Below are positions 59,201 through 64,000 of a stretch of DNA of 64,000 nt, piece after piece. The position numbers and the translations under genes are program-made. The notes beneath the pieces are model-generated. The model was not told the DNA's origin and ran no database searches. It saw nothing but the letters and a program-made list of their open reading frames with translations. This DNA is from Schmidtea polychroa (Eukaryota), in assembly GCA_044892525.1 (NCBI GenBank), contig CM097886.1:59520001-59584000 (forward strand), written 5' to 3'. Within the stretch, counting starts at the first letter, position 1. Every line of letters begins with the position of its first letter.

Positions 59201-62200
59201 ATGGTAAAATTATCGAAACCCTCAACTGCCAAAACCCTCGTGCCAAAGTGATTATTTCGTTACAAACTTCGTCTGTCGTATTTGATGCGACGGTAGAATT
59301 TTCGCTTCTAAAACATTGTGGTCAAATAGCTTGCCAACAGGCATTCAAGGTCGATGGTCGTATTTCTGATAAGGCTACACCTGCATATTTCACACAATCC
59401 AAAATTGAAAATTTTTCCAAGTGTGTATAACAGTAAGGTTTACATCATTATCCATTTTATTCAAAATGCATTGAAAAGAATTCTTTATGTAATACTGTTT
59501 AAACGTCGCAATTATACCTTGGAAAAATGGTTGAATGAACTCAGTAGTATTAGGAGGCAAAAAAATAATTTTTACATTAGGATGCTCCAAAACTGGGTGG
59601 TCACGAGTGTTGTCTATAACCAAAAGAATGGCATGTCCTTATCTTTCATATAACCTTTTACTTCTGGAACAAAACAAGTATTGAACCACTCACTGAAAAC
59701 TGCTGAAGAAACCCACGTCTTTTAATTAGGCTTGCGATGTACTGGTAGTGTATTCATATGTACTCCTTTCATTGCTCGTGGCTTAAGTGATTTATTTATC
59801 AGCAGAGGTTTTAGTATACGATCTCCTGCTGCATTGCTGCAAAATAAGAACGTAATTCGATCTTTCGCCGCCTTAAAACCACTAGCGCTTCTTTCGTGTT
59901 TTGCTATGTATGTTTTACTAGGCTAGGTAAGACCAGAGAGCGCGGCTTCAGGCTTATAGAGAAACACGTATTCCCGAAAGTCAGAAATGATCAATTGTTT
60001 CAATATAAATAAACAAATATCGTCTACATTATAGTAGTTAAAAATTGTTAATTTTAACTAATAGGCGACAAATAGAGAGGGATCTAAAAGAAAGTTTGAC
60101 ATCAGCTTTCTAACAGCAGTTCGTGAACCAGCTGGAGTGCTTGCCGATTATAATGTACAAAGGTATGGTCACTTTTCTGAAGTACCCACTCACTCGATAC
60201 AGTTCCAACGTCGATTTCTCAACAGGTATCGAGCGGGGAAACATACCTGTATTCTGGGTTACGTTGGAAACAGCACGAAAGGGTAAGATATGGATTACCT
60301 GTAACCCACCATTACATATGTCATTTCACACAAATTAGGCTAGGGTGAAGTTCTCATTTGTTATAATGTTAATTGAAATATTCGACCAAAACGATAGTCA
60401 GCATTAAAACTTCTCCAACTGTAGCTATATGTGTCAAGTCTAAAAGTCATTTTCAATTTCTGATTCAAACTCGAACGAAAACGAAAGACGTAAAAAAGCC
60501 TTACCGAGGATAAAAGTGAAACATCTATTTAAATAAAAATTTAAAAATTAGAGATTTAACGTCGCCCAAGCCGTTGTGCCAGAATCGTTAAAATGGCACA
60601 CATGAAGATATATCACCCCACACAGTAACTTTGCTTCTGTATTTTCTCCTCACATATAAATAATAATTTGAGCATTTTCTTTAATAAATATTTGACCTTC
60701 GTCTGTTACTTCATCGCTTTCTGATTCTGAATTGTCATCAACTGTATCAATGTTTCCAACAATCTTAGCCTTTCTAAATCCGTTATGAATGCGGTCTGAT
60801 GTAATTGATTGTCATGCCTTGTTTATTCACTCACAAATAGTAGAATATGATGACTTGTGTATTTCTTTCTTCCATAATAGTGATATATTTACAATTATAA
60901 TATAAATATTAAATATTTAAATAATAATCAAATAAGCGGTCGGCGTAACAATACAAATGGCGAATTTTAATATGGAAATTTTAGGCTAAATTCAAATTTT
61001 GCTTGATGTGATAATTTTTGGCGTGCGCTATAGGTCGGAACTTCCGAAACTGCTGCGTGTACACGCACGTGCGAATCTTGTAGGGAACGTTGCTTACAGT
61101 GTTGATCAAAATCACATTGCACAATTTTGCAAGCAAAACAAATAAAATCTTTTAATTGCCATAATTTGTGTTATTTGGGTTATAGTTTCGTAAAAATATT
61201 AACTTGAACCGGTTTTCAGCGGCAGTTCCAGCGAAAATGTTGATTCAAGCCCGTTTTAATGCATACTTTATATATTAATATATAAATTTAAGGCATTTCC
61301 TATATTAATAATTCATAAAAGTTTATATTATAATTAGGAAATTGTTTTTTTATGTCACAAGTAATATCTTTGATGTGATTCTCCATAAATCGAATATAAA
61401 ATTTCTAAAATAATTTCAAATTTATTAATTTTGTCTTCCTCTCAACATCCGTAACATTATCATAAATCTAGAGCTGAGAATCAGATTTATCCAATCAGAA
61501 TGCAGAAAAAATCATTATTGATAACAAATAGAAAGATTTAATTTTATTTACTAATACAATAGGGGTAAAATAGTCCAACTATTTTGTCTTAAAATTTAGC
61601 ATCCTACAAATGGAATTTATTCAATAGGAGCTTTTGTTAAAAGTTATCAATAAAATATTTTATCCTTTAAAAATCAAATGTTTAATAGTTAATAATAGTT
61701 AATAAATTACAAATGAAAATATTAATATAAAAAATATAAATTAATATTATTATAATATCAAAGAAATCTTACAATTGTTAGACATGTGATATTACATTTG
61801 TTATTAATTAACAGTAATAACACATCAGACTGTCCATATTTACAAGCAAAATGAACTGGACGGTATTTATCTTTAGTTTCCACTTCTAATTGGTTTTTCT
61901 TTTTTAAAAATAAATCTACTACACCAATACATCCAAATTGAGATGCTATGTGAATAGGTAATAAATTATCCTAAATTTATTTTGTAATTAAATATTTGGT
62001 TATTATTATTTCACATTTGTTCTTTGTTCAAAATCACATCCTCTGTCGATTAAAAATTTAACGATTTCAACATTATCATTTTCACAAGCTGCATGAATAG
62101 GTCTTATACCGTTCGGCTATAAAAAAGTATACATTATCCGTGTAAACCGTTATATTAGAATTGATTACTTCATCTAAAATCCTCTTGTTAATAAATTCAG

Positions 62201-62348
62201 GTTTGAATGATGACTTAACTTTTTCAATGTCACCACTTCTTATAAAACTGACAAATTCTTTAAAAGAATTCTTTTTAAATGAACGGACTATACTATAATT
62301 ATTTAATTAAAATTTTAATATTTCCAAAATTATAAAAAATTACTTCAT
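53264..62348 (-). CDS. Second ankyrin-repeat protein. Exons: 62348-62344, 62292-62169, 62116-62015, 61970-61773, 55517-55419, 53461-53369, 53320-53264; 3' end unresolved
   Basis: In-frame GT-AG joins give NGIRPIHAACENDNVEIVKFLIDRG, LLPIHIASQFG, YRPVHFACKYG, GYSPLHLACEAGMVDIVKILL and NGLRPIDLAKN. Confidence 0.75.
54270..54520 (-). mobile_element. Penelope-like RT C-terminal remnant in an intron
   Basis: GYVYD...FLNYSYGLHFNIKFTVGKVNSFITFLDLLVER...FET*IYRKPTDT. Confidence 0.75.
56205..56285. repeat. Palindromic mini-element of the Penelope 3' motif (older copy)
   Basis: Arms 56213-56234 and 56244-56265 (21/22 match); loop TTCTCATTT. Confidence 0.75.
56479..56905 (+). mobile_element. Helitron PIF1-like helicase C-terminal remnant
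   Basis: LKVGSRVMLLRNLD...LCNGS...VFIPRI...FPIGLAFGVTIN, then LYVGMS and TQNVVY in shifted frames. Confidence 0.85.
57365..57519 (-). repeat. Family B Penelope terminal repeat with inactivated hammerhead (G12 to C)
   Basis: Minus strand reads ATTTAC-TTGAAAAA-GGCAGTGCT-CAAA-ATTC-GTGAAT. Confidence 0.8.
58245..58480. repeat. Two head-to-head family B repeats, each with a hammerhead-like core
   Basis: Minus copy 58302-58338 TTGAAAAA-GGCAGTGCC-GAAA-AT-TT-GTGAAT (core intact, UUU site); plus copy 58351-58385 is degenerate. Confidence 0.8.
58900..59930 (-). pseudogene. Tigger/pogo-family transposase remnant
   Basis: PSKTYIAKHERSASGFKAAKDRITFLFCSNAAGDRILKPLLI..., WFNTCFVPEVK, DNTRDHP...VKIIFLPPNTTEFIQPFFQGIIATFKQYY; multiple frameshifts. 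Confidence 0.88.
60690..60880 (-). mobile_element. pogo-type transposase C-terminal remnant
   Basis: Minus strand reads ICE*INKA*QSITSDRIHNGFRKAKI followed by an acidic tail DDNSESESDE. Confidence 0.6.
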
Positions 62349-63675
62349 TTAAATTACACAAAAAAAATAGAAATTAAAATTATACAGTTAAACAAATCAG
62401 AAAAATGAAATTCGTAGTTAACCTTAATTAAAGATTTTTGAATTGCATTTTAAGCAATGATCGAAGATAATAGTTTTCCTTAATAAATAACATTCGATCA
62501 ATAACATTTCTTTTAATTGAGCTATTGTTATATATCAGCAAACAACGTCAGCACTACTGATAAACTTAGTCTCTGTTGAGTTCACAGGATCGATTGTTTA
62601 TGTAAGTAGGGGTAAGGTTAATGTAAGCAAATTTAGCTAAATGTAATTAGATCACTATAACTAAGTTTGTTGTGTGGGATTCGAAAAGTAAGAAAAGACA
62701 GCGTGCATTATATATTTCGCAATTCGGACACCTTGTCGAATACGTATCCATCTTTACGTCAGAGCTTCAGGACAAACAAATTTTCATTTAGGCACCGCGA
62801 TTTACAATCCATTTGATGAAAACTATAGGGCTCAGTGGAAAAAGCTCCTGTTACATGTATAACATAGAAAGAGAAGCAACATCCGCCTTTTGTTGCTTTT
62901 TAAAACTGTCACGAACAATAACTGTAGTTTTCAGAGAATGTTTTTTCAACTCCAGTTCCTTGATTTTCAAGAGTTTAGCCATATATTTCAAAATAATTCT
63001 TGTTCATTGATACCTCTTACATTTAGCTAAAAGCTTTTCGGTCTACTTTCATTGAAAATTGAATAGAAAATAGCCTAGCAACAAAAAAATACTGATGTGA
63101 TAATTTTTACAATACAAGGAGATGTGTCAGCCCAAACTAACATCAATCAAACTAAATCAGACGTTAAGTAAATATTTATGAATTTAGTTTTAATAAAAAG
63201 CTTTGTAAGTTAAAGCTTTGAAAAGTCAAGTGATTGTTTAACAAGAACAGTATTTAACTTTCTCAATGGGGTCATTTTGTAATTCTTTGTCATTTAGTGG
63301 TTAGTGACATCCGATCTTCATTTAAATCTGATTTTGCGAGAACTTTCGTGGCATATTGCAATCATTCTAGTAGTAATAAAAAACAACTTAATTTAAGATG
63401 ACATGTCAGAAATCACAAATTGTTTGTAATTTAAAAATATATGAATGATTTTACTGATAAAAATGAATCAATCAAAATCAGCATACAAATATATTTGAAC
63501 TTAATCCCACATTCCAAATCCAATTAAAACATTTCCTCACTACAATAAATTGTTGTGAAAACAATTGAAAATAAAATAAAAAAATAAAACATTACACATA
63601 ATCCCTAAATATTTATTAAAGAAAATGTCACATTGAATCTGGATTCTTATAGAAATGCATGAAAAATGGAACAGC

Positions 63676-63900
63676 TCATAATTCGGATCTCAATTTTTCA
63701 ATTTTACGCGGCAAAAGAACTGTCATATCACGACAGGAATCGAATTCTGAACTCATTTGTCTAGCAGCATTTTCATGTTTATCACAATAATTGACAATAA
63801 ATTGATAATGCTCCAAGCTTTTCACCAAGTTCTTTAAACGGGCATTTGCATCTGGTTCAAGAACTTTGGAATACATTCGAGCCATATAGAAATGGGCAAT
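63676..63900 (-). CDS. KIFBP: Last exon of a KIF-binding protein homologue (gene continues beyond the window)
   Basis: IAHFYMARMYSKVLEPDANARLKNLVKSLEHYQFIVNYCDKH...CRDMTVLLPRKIEKLR matches my recollection of the KIFBP C-terminus (ENLATSLEHYKFIVDYCEKH...EMVSLLPTKMERFR); acceptor TTCCAG at 63901-63906. Confidence 0.85.
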   Translation of the reverse strand: MAHFYMARMYSKVLEPDANARLKNLVKSLEHYQFIVNYCDKHENAARQMSSEFDSCRDMTVLLPRKIEKLRSEL

Positions 63901-64000
63901 CTGGAAATGCAAATGCAATTAACATCATAAAAATTAGAACTCCAAAAAGTTAAATTTTAACGATTGCATTGCCAAGCAAACTGGAACCAACAAATTGTAA

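Noticed and set aside
60120-60400. Weak resemblance to the C-terminus of an R1/LOA-type non-LTR element (VTQ..TG.FP..YL)
   Set aside because: Too few matching residues and several stops; cannot be supported without a database search.
1-64000. Prokaryotic or microsporidian origin of the contig, suggested by compact gypsy and KRBA2-like elements
   Set aside because: Spliced RREB1-, KIFBP- and ankyrin-RING-type genes indicate an animal host.

Overview
This is AT-rich eukaryotic (animal) genomic DNA with 8 assembly gaps and many 40-62 bp introns. The composition and intron sizes suggest an invertebrate such as a triclad flatworm (inference only). Host genes I can reconstruct by hand: (1) an intronless zDHHC palmitoyltransferase with an NHHC active-site variant; (2) a 22-kb RREB1/hindsight-like zinc-finger gene on the minus strand (8 exons, one ~15-kb intron filled with transposons); (3) an ankyrin-repeat gene that probably ends in a Mind-bomb-like RING finger; (4) a second ankyrin-repeat gene; (5) the last exon of a KIF-binding protein. 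Much of the rest is mobile DNA: a nearly intact Ty3/gypsy element with 317-bp LTRs, a truncated gypsy, a young GC-rich hAT nested in a Buster-type hAT, pogo/Tigger, piggyBac, Helitron, Bel/Pao and MULE remnants, and several Penelope-like retroelement (PLE) subfamilies. The strongest unannotated signal is a set of minimal hammerhead ribozymes at PLE 3' ends. Two families carry a compensatory U3-A8 core instead of C3-G8, and small palindromic fold-back elements have their axis on the ribozyme cleavage site. I saw no CRISPR array, rRNA or tRNA gene. All coordinates and translations were done by eye and are unverified computationally.
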